Below, in pieces: positions 1-10,201 of a stretch of DNA of 64,000 bases. Location of the stretch: the NCBI GenBank assembly GCA_965199825.1, contig OZ241329.1, positions 416,001 through 480,000 of the forward strand, in the 5' to 3' direction. How positions within the stretch are numbered: the first letter of the stretch is position 1; every line of letters starts with the position of its first letter. Below the pieces are notes generated by a model that worked only from the letters and a program-made list of their open reading frames with translations, did not search any database and was not told the DNA's origin. Origin of the DNA: Bdellovibrionales bacterium (lineage in GTDB: Bacteria; Bdellovibrionota; Bdellovibrionia; Bdellovibrionales; UBA1609). A program made the position numbers and the translations under genes.

Positions 1-5
1 TTATC

Positions 6-236
6 TCACTTTAAATAATCGACTGCCGACTCGATATTTTCATTCATATGATTTTTGACATCGTAAAGCGGAACAAATTGAACCCCACGTTTTTGGACAA
101 CGTTTGCACCGTCTGGAGTTCTGGCAATCCCGTCGACTTCGGATCCCTCGAAATTGACATCTTGAGATTTTTTAAAATGGCCCTTTGGGGATTCTGCAAA
201 TGCGCTGAGTGATAAGATTAAAAAAATAAAATTCAT
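6..236 (-). CDS. GltF/CglF-like small secreted gliding-motility protein
   Basis: Signal peptide, then 'QDVNFEGSEVDG..TPDG...QFVPL', which resembles the myxobacterial CglF/GltF pattern; follows two TPR genes in gltD-gltE-gltF order. Confidence 0.6.
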   Translation of the reverse strand: MNFIFLILSLSAFAESPKGHFKKSQDVNFEGSEVDGIARTPDGANVVQKRGVQFVPLYDVKNHMNENIESAVDYLK

Positions 237-1105
237 TTTGCTCCTTTAACGCCCGCTGGTGCGCGAGCCGCTTTTTCAAGTACCGCAACTTGAGCTTCTA
301 GTTTTTTTATTTTTTGCTCAACATCCAATTTTTCATCTAGCCGTCGTGAGCTCTTGATTTGTTTGTAAGAGGCCAGGGCTTCAGGGAGATCCTTAAGATT
401 CTCTTCCAAGATTTGGGCTCTTTTTAAGCGAATTTGGGCCTTATTGGGCTCGAGGTCTTGGGCCGCGGTGAGATAGACCACGGCTTGTTTGTAATCATTT
501 TTTTCGATCAAACACTGCGAGGCCGCAAGGAGTGCCGAAAAATTTTGGTTATCTTTTTTAAGAGCCTTTTCGAAGTAGGCCAGGGCTTCGGAATGATACT
601 GTTCGCGGTAAAGAATATGGCCCAACGCAAGGTTGGCCTCAAGCATATCGGGATCAAGTTTTAAAACACGACGAAAAGTTTCGACACTTCCACGCGTATC
701 GCCCATTAAAAAAGCGATGCGGCCCATTTGGTAAAGTACAACCGCACTTTGGTTGGCCTTTTTACTGCTGAGCTCAATCATCCACGCGGCACGATTGAGA
801 TCCCCCTTCATTTCACTCACCACGCTTAAGTAATAAGTACCCCAAGGAGCCGTTGGATCTTGGGTTGCTAAACGATTGGCAATCTTTTCGGTTTGGTCAT
901 AATTTTTGGCTTGCACACAGCGTGCGGCAAGACTCAAAAGTTTTTCCCAATTGTTTTCTTTGAGTTCACCGGTTGGACACGTTGATGGTTTTGCAGCACG
1001 AAAAGTCACCGCTTGGACATTTTTTAAGTAGTTCGAAGTCTCAACCGGTTTGACTGCGGTTGAGGCACAGCCGGTTAAGAATAAAAATAAAACTAAGCGC
1101 TTCAT
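233..1105 (-). CDS. TPR lipoprotein, GltE/AglT-like
   Basis: Lipobox LTGC, multiple TPR repeats, ATGA overlaps with both neighbours. Confidence 0.65.
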   Translation of the reverse strand: MKRLVLFLFLTGCASTAVKPVETSNYLKNVQAVTFRAAKPSTCPTGELKENNWEKLLSLAARCVQAKNYDQTEKIANRLATQDPTAPWGTYYLSVVSEMKGDLNRAAWMIELSSKKANQSAVVLYQMGRIAFLMGDTRGSVETFRRVLKLDPDMLEANLALGHILYREQYHSEALAYFEKALKKDNQNFSALLAASQCLIEKNDYKQAVVYLTAAQDLEPNKAQIRLKRAQILEENLKDLPEALASYKQIKSSRRLDEKLDVEQKIKKLEAQVAVLEKAARAPAGVKGAK

Positions 1106-4002
1106 GTGCCCATCCCTTGTGGCAACGTCAATGGTGGCGCCGAAAATTCGACTTTGAATTCCTCACGCTTCTTCATATTCATTTGATCCAGTTGAGATTG
1201 AAGACTCGCAACAGTGCCGTCATAGATTCGCATTTTTTTTGCGGTCTCTAAAGCTTGAGCGATCGTCTCAACACCTTTTTCTTCAAGCGGAATTGAGAGT
1301 TTGTCGACTTCGGCCCGAAAGGCTTGCTCTTCGGGAGCGCTCATCCCTTCAGGTGCTGGCATTGTTTTTAGAGCCTGCACATAATGGGTGTAGCAATTTG
1401 CCAAATGCTTCAAGGATTGGATTGTTGTTTTGGGCTCACCAAAACGCACAACCGATTGAAAAGCCTGTTGGGCTTTGTCCAGTTTTTCGGTTTTGATTGC
1501 GAGCACGGTTCCAAGTCTTTCGAGCCGGGCTTTCACGCTGGCTTTAACAAATTCATCTTCCAAAATTTCGGCCTGAATAAATCTTGCGCGGGCCTTGGCT
1601 TCGCTTGACGCTTGATCGCCCATATTCATTACGTCTTTGGCTTGGCTAAAGGCTTTGGTGTTGTCGCCCTTTGCCAAAATCTCTTCGGTCAAAGTGACAA
1701 GCGCAATACTGGCTTGAGGCTGCATTTTTCCGCGCGCGATACCTTCGAGCACAAGATGATAATCTTGAGGATTGAGTAGAGCTTTTTTGAGCGCCATATT
1801 TTTATCAAGCGCATAGCTTGAGATTTTTTTGTCTTCTTGTTGGCGGATTAATTCTTCGTAAATTTTTTGGGCATTGATCTTTTGATCACACAAAACCATA
1901 AAGTCGGCAGCCATGGTTTTCCACTTCATCGCATTTTTTGGATCAACCCCCGAAAGTTTGATAAGGACTCGTGCTGCAGGATCAAGTTGCCCCATAGCTT
2001 CAAATGTCTCGGCCGATTTTAACAACGCCTCAACAGATTGATTGGCTTTGGGAAATTGATCAAAGTAAGCCTCTGCGGTGATTGCGGCCTCTCCGTAGCG
2101 CCCGGTGCGAAATTCGATTTGCATCGCATTCCACCAGGCCTTGGGAGCTAAGTCGGACTGATTATTTTCTTTGGCGAATTTTTTGTATTCAATTGCGGCT
2201 TCTTTCAGAGTTGCAGCCTCTTCCATTTTTTGGATTTGGATAAAGTAGGATTCGCGATAAATCTTTTGTAATTTTGCAATGCGGTCTGGGGTGGCTGGAA
2301 GTTTTAAAAGATCGCCCGACGTTTGTTTAAGACCAGCGTAATCTTTTTTGATATTTAAAATATCGAGATAAAGATCTTGTGATTTTAATCCCTTTTCTTC
2401 TTTTGCATACTTGCGCCCCAATTCTAAAAACAAGGGTGCGGCCTCATCAAAATGATCTTTGCCGTAAGCAATCAATCCTTGTTTGAAACGGATATCGAGA
2501 GTGTATTTGGCTTGTGGAAAATTGGTGGTATAAAACAAAGCCAATTTCTTAAACTGAGTCTCGTCGGCATCATTCCATTTTTCGCCCACCGCTTTTTCTA
2601 GACTTAACAGTGCTCCGTAGGCGGCATCGTGACCCATCGGTTCTTTGACAAGTGCCGGTGCGGTCAAAGCATATTGATTTGAAGCTTCACGAAATTTACC
2701 CAATTGAAATAACAATTCACTATATGCAAAACGAGCCTCATCTTTTTCGTGTGAGGGTGTTGCAACTTTTAAATAAATCTCAAATGCTTTTTCTGAAGCC
2801 GAAGCAAACTCAGTAAAAGTCTGATTCTTTTTCCAGGTGCGGAGCCATTTTGATCCAAGTTGCAAAGCGGCTTCGGACAACATGATTTTACATTTTTCGA
2901 GTTTGCTTGAATCACACACCCGATCAAAAGATTGGAGGCTTGATACGGCTTCTTTGCGGTTGCGCATATCTTCGTATGTGTGAACGAGCCCATCGTAAGC
3001 CTCGGGCAGTTGATCCGAATCGCTCAGTTTTCGTACAAAATCGAGGAGCAAAATTTTACGGTCCTCGTGACGCGAGTGACGTTGATAAAGGCCCGAGAGT
3101 TTAAGTAACAGATCGGGCATCTCTTCTTTTTTGGCTTGAGTCGAAAAATAGTGGTACGCATCGTTGGCTTTTTGATCGTCTTCGTAAAATATAGTCATGT
3201 CGGCAAGGGCTTCTTTTCGTAAATCAAGCCGCTGATCAAAGTTTTTTTCTTCAACCATCTTGCCAAAGGCCACAACCTTTTCGAGTTCGGTCAGAGCTTT
3301 ATGATTGTCTTTGAGATTATAGAGCGACCAAGCCCCTTTATAAATTCCATAAGGATAAACAGGTGAGTTGGGATACTCTTGAATAATCTGAAAATGATCG
3401 AGAGCGAGTTTAAAATTATGACGATCAAATTCGATTTCTCCCACCGCAAGATGACAATCCGGAATCAACGGCGAATCGGGAAAATTTTTGATCACCGCCA
3501 AATATAAATTCTCTGGCTCTTTGTTTTGACCAATCTCTTGGCGAGCAAATGCATTGTTAAAATAGACCGTGTCCATTTTTGAATAGCGTGGAAAGTCCTT
3601 GGCGATCTTGTCATAAACATCAATCGCAAGATGGACCGCCTCTTTGCTTGCAGCGGACTTGGCGAGTGGTGCAATAAAGCTCACAAGTGTGGGCGAAGAG
3701 CGATTGATTTCAAAAAATCTTTCGGTCTTACTTCGTCTCATGTAGAGCTCGGCCAGTCGCAGTCGCAAATCAGGTTCAAGAGGTGAACCTTTATATTTTT
3801 TTAATAAAAGTTTGAGCTGATCCAGTGCTTGATTTTCGGCACTGGTAATAAGGAGCTCGGTTTTTAGAGCCTTTAAATCATTTTCTTTTTCATCACCCGA
3901 AGTCATCTTCAATGGATCAAGTGCTTGAGACGTAGTCTTGGCTACAGAATCAAATCCGATAACTGACAAAACAAAAATAAAAATTTTAAAGCTAAATCTC
4001 AT
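1102..4002 (-). CDS. Large secreted TPR protein, GltD/AgmU-like
   Basis: 966 aa, signal peptide, TPR repeats ('YGIYKGAWSLYNL', 'LRKEALAD'), position in the cluster. Confidence 0.7.
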   Translation of the reverse strand: MRFSFKIFIFVLSVIGFDSVAKTTSQALDPLKMTSGDEKENDLKALKTELLITSAENQALDQLKLLLKKYKGSPLEPDLRLRLAELYMRRSKTERFFEINRSSPTLVSFIAPLAKSAASKEAVHLAIDVYDKIAKDFPRYSKMDTVYFNNAFARQEIGQNKEPENLYLAVIKNFPDSPLIPDCHLAVGEIEFDRHNFKLALDHFQIIQEYPNSPVYPYGIYKGAWSLYNLKDNHKALTELEKVVAFGKMVEEKNFDQRLDLRKEALADMTIFYEDDQKANDAYHYFSTQAKKEEMPDLLLKLSGLYQRHSRHEDRKILLLDFVRKLSDSDQLPEAYDGLVHTYEDMRNRKEAVSSLQSFDRVCDSSKLEKCKIMLSEAALQLGSKWLRTWKKNQTFTEFASASEKAFEIYLKVATPSHEKDEARFAYSELLFQLGKFREASNQYALTAPALVKEPMGHDAAYGALLSLEKAVGEKWNDADETQFKKLALFYTTNFPQAKYTLDIRFKQGLIAYGKDHFDEAAPLFLELGRKYAKEEKGLKSQDLYLDILNIKKDYAGLKQTSGDLLKLPATPDRIAKLQKIYRESYFIQIQKMEEAATLKEAAIEYKKFAKENNQSDLAPKAWWNAMQIEFRTGRYGEAAITAEAYFDQFPKANQSVEALLKSAETFEAMGQLDPAARVLIKLSGVDPKNAMKWKTMAADFMVLCDQKINAQKIYEELIRQQEDKKISSYALDKNMALKKALLNPQDYHLVLEGIARGKMQPQASIALVTLTEEILAKGDNTKAFSQAKDVMNMGDQASSEAKARARFIQAEILEDEFVKASVKARLERLGTVLAIKTEKLDKAQQAFQSVVRFGEPKTTIQSLKHLANCYTHYVQALKTMPAPEGMSAPEEQAFRAEVDKLSIPLEEKGVETIAQALETAKKMRIYDGTVASLQSQLDQMNMKKREEFKVEFSAPPLTLPQGMGT

Positions 4003-4012
4003 AATTCCTTAT

Positions 4013-4798
4013 TTAAGCAGCCATCGCCTTTTTACCCGCAAAATCGGTTAAGAATTTTTGGGTGGCTTGGCTAACATTGATAAATTTTAACCCGTACTCA
4101 ATCGGCGCATTACGCTCTTGAACAGTACTGCTAAAACGTTTGTTGACCACTTCACAAATTGCATTAAACGGTGGGACGCCATCGCCTGGTTTAAAATGCA
4201 GATACAAAATTTGACCGGGCACAACCATCGCATTTTCCATCACAACACCCGCTCCACCAGCCGAAATCTCAACGCCTTGGCCTTTCCAAACCGTTTTGTT
4301 GTCGTGAACCAAAATTGTTCCACCGTAACCCACACGTTGGTGACGACGACGAAAAAATACTTCTTCAACTTCACCGGATTGATTGTCTTTTAAAGTACGA
4401 ATTGATTCTGCCGCAAACTCAGTGCACTCAGCCACTCGTTTCCAAGCGTCAAGTCCGGGGTGCCAAGCAAAATCAAATTCAAATACCGCTTTTTGTTGCA
4501 GCATGCGAATCACATCGGTGTAAGCAAAAGGTCCAAATTTATTTTCACCCTTTAAAATATACCACTCACGATTGACCACGGGAACTGGCTGAGGGGCTGG
4601 CTTCATTGGAACTGGCTTTTGTGGTGCTGGCCGATTTTGCAATTCGGGAACATCCATAAACAAAACCCAATCTTGTTTGGTTTCGTCATAAAGATAATCA
4701 ACCATCGCTAGTTCGTTGTTCTTAATCTTGCCCATGATCTCTAGTATAGACCAAGGCCCCATCTGTTCGCCATTGTGTGACACATAAAAACTCGACAT
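4013..4798 (-). CDS. Tandem GYF_2 (DUF4339) domains + PilZ domain protein
   Basis: Two 'W/FY....g...GP(W/F)' GYF_2 units; PilZ motifs RRHQR and EISAGG. Confidence 0.8.
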   Translation of the reverse strand: MSSFYVSHNGEQMGPWSILEIMGKIKNNELAMVDYLYDETKQDWVLFMDVPELQNRPAPQKPVPMKPAPQPVPVVNREWYILKGENKFGPFAYTDVIRMLQQKAVFEFDFAWHPGLDAWKRVAECTEFAAESIRTLKDNQSGEVEEVFFRRRHQRVGYGGTILVHDNKTVWKGQGVEISAGGAGVVMENAMVVPGQILYLHFKPGDGVPPFNAICEVVNKRFSSTVQERNAPIEYGLKFINVSQATQKFLTDFAGKKAMAA

Positions 4799-4819
4799 CT
4801 GGCCCCCCTGTGAAGGTAG

Positions 4820-4846
4820 CTATCGGCAAGTCAAATCACCGACTTA
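4820..4846 (-). promoter_or_regulatory. sigma28 (FliA)-type promoter
   Basis: Minus strand reads TAAG-N15-GCCGATAG, close to the TAAA-N15-GCCGATAA consensus, upstream of a GGGGGG SD and the PilZ gene. Confidence 0.7.
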
Positions 4847-4882
4847 AACCGAGGATGCGCCATGAAAAGAGGTTCGACAGTA

Positions 4883-5428
4883 TTAGAAACTTTGGTCGAG
4901 TTTTGGGCGAGCAAGTGCAAGCGACGCAATCATTAATGAGTGATCAATCTCGCCATTATTGAGCATTTCATAAACAGTTTTAATTGGTCTTAGGACAACT
5001 TCAAGATCTTCATAGGGGTCGAGGTCCTGGTCCTGAATTTTATGGCAGTCCTGCGCAATAAAAGTCTTGAGTCGGTTGGATTGGGTTGCTGGATTTGGAA
5101 AATGCGGTGCAAGTTCAATCCAATTGTCAGAATGGTATCCGGTCTCTTCGAGAAGTTCTCGTTTTGCAGCCGAAAGCGCTTGTTCGTCGGGATCAAGCGA
5201 ACCTCCAGGAATTTCGATAAAAACTTTTTTGGCTGCATGACGATATTGATTGAGTGTGATCATTTGCTTCTCGCGAGTGATCGCAACGATCTGCACCCAA
5301 TCTAAAAATTCAAAAACAAAATAGCCCGGCATAATTCGTCCATCAGGCAATTCACATTTGTCTTTACGAAGACAAAAAAACTTATTTTTAAAGAGTTCAG
5401 AAGTGCTTAATATTTTCCACGCTTTCAT
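4883..5428 (-). CDS. NUDIX hydrolase (ADP-ribose pyrophosphatase-like)
   Basis: Nudix box GGSLDPDEQALSAAKRELLEETGY; start trimmed to ATG 5428 (MKAWKIL), which avoids overlap with rsmI. Confidence 0.85.
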   Translation of the reverse strand: MKAWKILSTSELFKNKFFCLRKDKCELPDGRIMPGYFVFEFLDWVQIVAITREKQMITLNQYRHAAKKVFIEIPGGSLDPDEQALSAAKRELLEETGYHSDNWIELAPHFPNPATQSNRLKTFIAQDCHKIQDQDLDPYEDLEVVLRPIKTVYEMLNNGEIDHSLMIASLALARPKLDQSF

Positions 5429-5442
5429 GCTACCCGTTTGCC

Positions 5443-6102
5443 ATGGCTCTTTATGTGATTGCAACCCCCATTGGTGATATTGGCGACTTAAGTGTGCGGG
5501 CTCGCGAGATTTTGGCGCGCGTGGATTTGGTGATTGGCGAAGAAGCAAAACCGACACGACGACTGTTGTCTGCGGCAGGCTTGAGCCAAAAACCAATTGA
5601 GTTATTAAATGAGCACTCTGGTGTCGATGACATCGCGGCGCTGAGTCGGATGTGCGTAGATCAAGAAGTTGCTTTAGTGAGTGATTGCGGAACGCCTGGG
5701 TTTTGCGATCCCGGTGCAGAACTTGTTGCCGCTTGCAGACAGTCAAAGGTTGCGGTGATTTCGGTCGCGGGTCCGTCTTCGCTGATGAGTTTTATAAGTG
5801 TGCTTGGTGTGCGCATCAGCAGCTTTGTGTTCTGGGGATTTTTACCGTTGGATAAGATCCTTCGTTCACAATCGTTACGAGCATTAGCCTTAGAAAAGCG
5901 CGGCGTATTTTTAATCGAAACCCCCTACCGCTTTCGCCGTTTGCTGGAAGAACTCAGCGTGGCTGTGGGTGCGCGCTCTTTGATTGTAGGATTAAATTTG
6001 TCGTGCCCCGATGAGATGGTAGTACGCGGTCGCGCCTCTGAAATTTTGGCGATGGATTTGCCCCCAAAGCCCGAGTTTTTGATTTATTTGGAAGGTGTTT
6101 AG
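5443..6102 (+). CDS. rsmI: 16S rRNA (cytidine1402-2'-O)-methyltransferase RsmI-like
   Basis: LYVIATPIGDIGDLS, ALVSDCGTPGFCDPG, ETPYR motifs. Confidence 0.85.
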   Translation: MALYVIATPIGDIGDLSVRAREILARVDLVIGEEAKPTRRLLSAAGLSQKPIELLNEHSGVDDIAALSRMCVDQEVALVSDCGTPGFCDPGAELVAACRQSKVAVISVAGPSSLMSFISVLGVRISSFVFWGFLPLDKILRSQSLRALALEKRGVFLIETPYRFRRLLEELSVAVGARSLIVGLNLSCPDEMVVRGRASEILAMDLPPKPEFLIYLEGV

Positions 6103-6169
6103 ATTTTGTTTGAGTGGGCTTTTTAGATTTGAGTAAGGTTAGGATACTTTAGGGGTTGGATTTTGATGA

Positions 6170-6910
6170 GGGGTTTGGCTTTATAAATGAACAGCCTTAT
6201 TCTTAACAAATCTGGATTGAACAGCTTGCGAAAGTTTTGTTCGGTATCATTGAAATGACATTGCCCCGTCGGTTTTAATTTTTTGCGAGTAAAAATTAAT
6301 CACAAGCGGTCTTGTTATTCTTAATTGAACAAAATCCGAACACCTCGGAGTCTTGTTTTTCGGGTGAGATGCGGATGGCGGTTCGGTTTTATAAATTAAA
6401 CCGCTTTGCTCTTAACAAATCTGAATCAATCCGGTTGCGAAAGATCTGTCCGGTATCATTGAAATGACATTGCCCCACCAGTTTTAATTTTCTTGGTCGA
6501 GTACAAAACGAAACGCATGCGGTCTTGTCATTTTTTAATTGAACAAGATTTGAACACCTCGGAGTTTTGTTTTTGCGGTGAGATGCGGATGGCGGTTTGG
6601 TTTTTGGATCAAATAAATCTGATAGGCACCGGATACGAGTAGCTCTATTTGATATAAATAAAATGACATTGCCCCATCAGTTAAAATTTCGAATGGAATA
6701 CAATTCTATTGCAAGCAGTCTTTTGAAATCTAATTGAACAAAGTCCGAACACCTCGGAGTTTTGTTGTGGCTGCAACATTAGATTTTTATATGGGATCGT
6801 GCCACTCTTCATCTTGGTGAGGGTTCAATCATTGCCCAAACTTTGATGAGACTACAGTGAGTAGGATGCGAATACATTTATTTAATGAAATCGAAATGAC
6901 ATTGCCCCGT
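6170..6910 (+). repeat. Degenerate ~200-210 bp tandem units with two conserved motifs
   Basis: (G)AAATGACATTGCCCC at 6252, 6461, 6661, 6893; GAACACCTCGGAGT at 6338, 6552, 6747; units 1 and 2 align along their length. Confidence 0.9.
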
Positions 6911-7039
6911 CGGCAGCGCTTGAATAAAAGTAGCACGATCACTTCTTAAAAAAATAAATTCGTCCCAAAATTTCAATTTTAAAATTAACTTTTTAACCAT
7001 AAATAAATTGTAATTTAATGTATATAAATATAGTTTATA

Positions 7040-7591
7040 GTGATGAAACAGCTTCCTCTTTTTTCACTTTCCAAATCAAAAAGTTACGGCGGCCAAATGA
7101 AAGGTCGGCGAAAAACCGCGCGTCCATTAGATAAAAAGCGCTTGCATCACGTGATTCTAAAATCGCAATATGCTAAGGGTGGCCGGAGCTTTAAAAAATT
7201 TGATATGCAAATCAAATACAAAAATTTGATTTATTCCAAAGCGAAAAAGTATGGAATACGAATCGCGGCTTACAGCAACGTAGGCAATCATTTTCACTTG
7301 CTCATCCGCTTTCAAGATCGCAATCTCATCAAAACTTTTTTTCGAGTTGTCGCCGGAGTGATCGCAAGGCTTGCCGTCGGCGCACAAAAAGGGAAAAGGT
7401 TTGGCAGATTTTGGGACTCGGTCATTTTCTCTCGTATCGTTAGCAAAGGTCGGGATGAAATCCGCATGTTTGATTACCTTGAAGCAAATTTGATTCAGTC
7501 ACACTTTGGGAAAGCGGCGCGCAAACATTTCGAATCGATATGTAAGGAATATTGGAAGGAATTTTTTAGAACTTCACGTGCTCCGGGTTGA
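7040..7591 (+). mobile_element. HUH Y1 transposase, RAYT/IS200-like
   Basis: HHVILKS, NHFHLLI (HUH), RFW, SRIV and catalytic-Tyr region DYLEAN; 183 aa and basic. Confidence 0.8.
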
Positions 7592-7852
7592 GGGAATCAA
7601 ACTTGAACTTACCCAATTAATTTCCAAACGAACGATCTCAGTGCAAACAATCACATAATCTTCGTATTCCTTCGTTCACGATACAAACTAATTTTAATTA
7701 TCCCTGTCTCGAATTGTTGCGGCCAAATGTGGTTCCTTCGTGATTCACACTCCCAAAAAACGCCCGCCATCACTTAGCGATCAAACAAAAAATCCACACA
7801 AAGATTTCAATCTTAAACCAAGACCAACCGCTCAACCAATTCTAACAAGCAG

Positions 7853-7866
7853 AATGACATTGCCCC
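7853..7866 (+). repeat. Downstream copy of the AATGACATTGCCCC motif
   Basis: Exact 14-nt match to the upstream array motif, same orientation. Confidence 0.85.
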
Positions 7867-7886
7867 ATCCAAGCACTCAACCCCCG

Positions 7887-8429
7887 TCACTTCACAATAT
7901 GCAAAGTCCCTACGCGGGCGGCTTCTTTGTCCATCACAAAAAAGTAAAAAGTTCCCCGCAGGATTTTGAGATGGGAGTTGTCTGCGGTGTTGATGAGTTC
8001 GCCGGTTTTTGAGAGGACGTTTCCGAAATAACTGCTCAAGTTTAATAATTTTCCGGTTGTTTCACTGTAAAAATAGGCGGCGGTGGTGGGAAGGGATTCA
8101 TGGGCCAGGACAGGATGAAGTTCAAATCGCATCGAGAATGTGCCGCGACGATTGGGGACAACGATTTCTTCTAACGAGATCACCGCTCCTGTGCCGTCAC
8201 TATTGAGTTCGAGTTTTGGTGAGGACAGGATGCCTTCGGTTTTTTCGACAAGTTCAAAGGTAAAAGGTAAAGGCCTGCGCACAAAAGAATGATCGGGGTC
8301 GAAATCTTCGGACTTTACTTTTTTGTAGAGGGTTTGGACTTCTTCAACCAAGACCGCGGGAATTTTTACGTCTTTTTCAAATTTTAAATTTTCGGCAAAG
8401 GCCATGCAGCAAAAAATAAGTGCGAGCAT
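7887..8429 (-). CDS. Hypothetical secreted protein
   Basis: Short signal peptide; start overlaps the upstream stop by 1 nt. Confidence 0.7.
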   Translation of the reverse strand: MLALIFCCMAFAENLKFEKDVKIPAVLVEEVQTLYKKVKSEDFDPDHSFVRRPLPFTFELVEKTEGILSSPKLELNSDGTGAVISLEEIVVPNRRGTFSMRFELHPVLAHESLPTTAAYFYSETTGKLLNLSSYFGNVLSKTGELINTADNSHLKILRGTFYFFVMDKEAARVGTLHIVK

Positions 8430-10192
8430 TATTTTACGACCTTTAACCCGAGGCTCTCAGCCTTGTGGACCAATTTTCTTAATGGGCGGTAGTCAGGAGA
8501 AATGGTGAGGCCTTTTGCGATCAATGCCGCCACATCCGAGTTTTCGCCCGTGTCCATATGATTTTGGGCAAGCCCTGCGATGGCGGTCAGGTGCTCGGGG
8601 TATGTGGCCAAAATACGCGACCAATTTTTTGTAGCACAGGCATAATCTTTTTGTTTTTCGCAAAACTGCGCCTGCAGGATGAGGGGCAGTTGATACTCAT
8701 TGTGACTGTCGTACTCAATCGATTTACCCAGAGCGACGCTCGCCTGATCGTCAAGATTTGAAGAGCGCAAAATAAAACTGTAGAGCGCCTGGACCAGCGC
8801 ATCTTTTGGTGATTGTTGAACTGCGGTTTCCATCGTTTGTTTGGCGTCCATAGCGCGATCACTGCGGTACAAACAATAGGCATACAAACTTGTGCCTAAA
8901 ACATTTTGGGCCATCGAGGTGTGAACGCTATCGCACCAGCGCAAATAATTTGTCCATGTGAGGCGGCGTGAAAAAATAAATAAATTATGCCGATGATCTT
9001 CGGTCAGTTTGGGATCGGAATCTAACAGCTGCATCACCGTGCGCAGAGTTTTTTCTGAATTTTTCTTGAGCGAGTAGGCGTAAGCCAATGAGAGGCGCGC
9101 CTCTTGCGAATAATCGGTTGCGGTTTTTAAAAAATCAGAAAGCTCGCTGATCGCCTCATCAATCATTTCTTCTTTGCCCGAGTTGAGCAAGGTGTCGGCT
9201 AACAACATAAAGGCTTCGGGCTCGGTGTCTGTTTTGTTGACCACCGATTCAAATGTGTTTTTGGCATTGGTGTAATCTTGCCTGAGCAAAGCTAAAGAGC
9301 CTTTGTTGATCAGGGCAGGATAAAAATACGGATTTGAATCAAGAGCTTTGTCAAAAGCCTCGCGCGCTTGCTCGTAATGACCGTTGATCATTTCGGCCAA
9401 ACCAATTCCTGTTTGGACTTGGGCGAGTGAATTGGGGTCGGCACTGAGTGCTTCTTGCAAGAGCTGTTGACCCTGCACCGTTTGATTTTCGAGTTGGATC
9501 AACAAGGGGCCAAGATAGAGGGCCACTTTTTTGGTGTCATGAAATTTTCCTGAATATCTTGAGAAGCGATCGAGCGCTTGGGCGTAGTCGCCTTCGTCCA
9601 TAGCGTACATGCCCTTGTCGTAATCATCTTGGGCCACCGACTCAACCATTTTTGGTTTACGATAAAAATATTGATAGCCCAAAATTCCAAATCCGCATGC
9701 GGCCAAAAAGAAAAGTAAAGCCGGAATAAAACGGGTTTTGCTTTGCACATCCTTTGCAAACTGCGCCGAATTTTTTGAGCCATAAACGGTCACACCGGTT
9801 GAAGGCGAAGCATTCACGCTTTGTTTTGATTTTGTTTCGACCACCGAATCATAAACAATTTCTCTTGAGGCATTTTCTGCAAAAGCCATTTCGTCGGTAA
9901 ATTCGTCGGCGTATTCGATCTCTACCGGAACGGTTGCGGTTAAACCTCGATTTGTAAATCCATCGTTGATGCTTGATGTGTCTTCGGAAGTGCTAAAACC
10001 TTTTTTGCGCATCTCTTCGATGGCATCGCGAAATTCATCGCACTCTTGAAAGCTCACCCATCGCTTGAGTGGGCGACACACTTCATCAAGCAGATAGAGT
10101 TCGCGCGAGTGGATGAGTGCCACAACTTCAGAAAATGCAAAAGGACCCAATATTCGGTTAGAACTTTTAACGAGCCAAAGTTGATCTGCCAT
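8429..10192 (-). CDS. Membrane-anchored TPR protein with N-terminal GYF-like domain
   Basis: 'WLVKSSNRILGPF' N-terminus, one TM segment, periplasmic TPR repeats. Confidence 0.75.
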   Translation of the reverse strand: MADQLWLVKSSNRILGPFAFSEVVALIHSRELYLLDEVCRPLKRWVSFQECDEFRDAIEEMRKKGFSTSEDTSSINDGFTNRGLTATVPVEIEYADEFTDEMAFAENASREIVYDSVVETKSKQSVNASPSTGVTVYGSKNSAQFAKDVQSKTRFIPALLFFLAACGFGILGYQYFYRKPKMVESVAQDDYDKGMYAMDEGDYAQALDRFSRYSGKFHDTKKVALYLGPLLIQLENQTVQGQQLLQEALSADPNSLAQVQTGIGLAEMINGHYEQAREAFDKALDSNPYFYPALINKGSLALLRQDYTNAKNTFESVVNKTDTEPEAFMLLADTLLNSGKEEMIDEAISELSDFLKTATDYSQEARLSLAYAYSLKKNSEKTLRTVMQLLDSDPKLTEDHRHNLFIFSRRLTWTNYLRWCDSVHTSMAQNVLGTSLYAYCLYRSDRAMDAKQTMETAVQQSPKDALVQALYSFILRSSNLDDQASVALGKSIEYDSHNEYQLPLILQAQFCEKQKDYACATKNWSRILATYPEHLTAIAGLAQNHMDTGENSDVAALIAKGLTISPDYRPLRKLVHKAESLGLKVVK

Positions 10193-10201
10193 ACGTTATT
10201 T

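Noticed and set aside
5429..5746. N-terminal extension of the NUDIX ORF
   Set aside because: Antisense to rsmI; the Nudix protein starts at 5428.
7283..7293. Inverted motif A inside the Y1 gene (GGCAATCATTT)
   Set aside because: Needs a 2-nt gap and is explained by the conserved G-N-H-F codons.
7040..7591. IS605 element with tnpB
   Set aside because: No TnpB/IscB ORF follows, and no clear IS200-type terminal hairpins were seen.
7740..8012. 90-aa ORF after the transposase
   Set aside because: Low-complexity C/A-rich flank that overlaps a convergent gene; likely non-coding.
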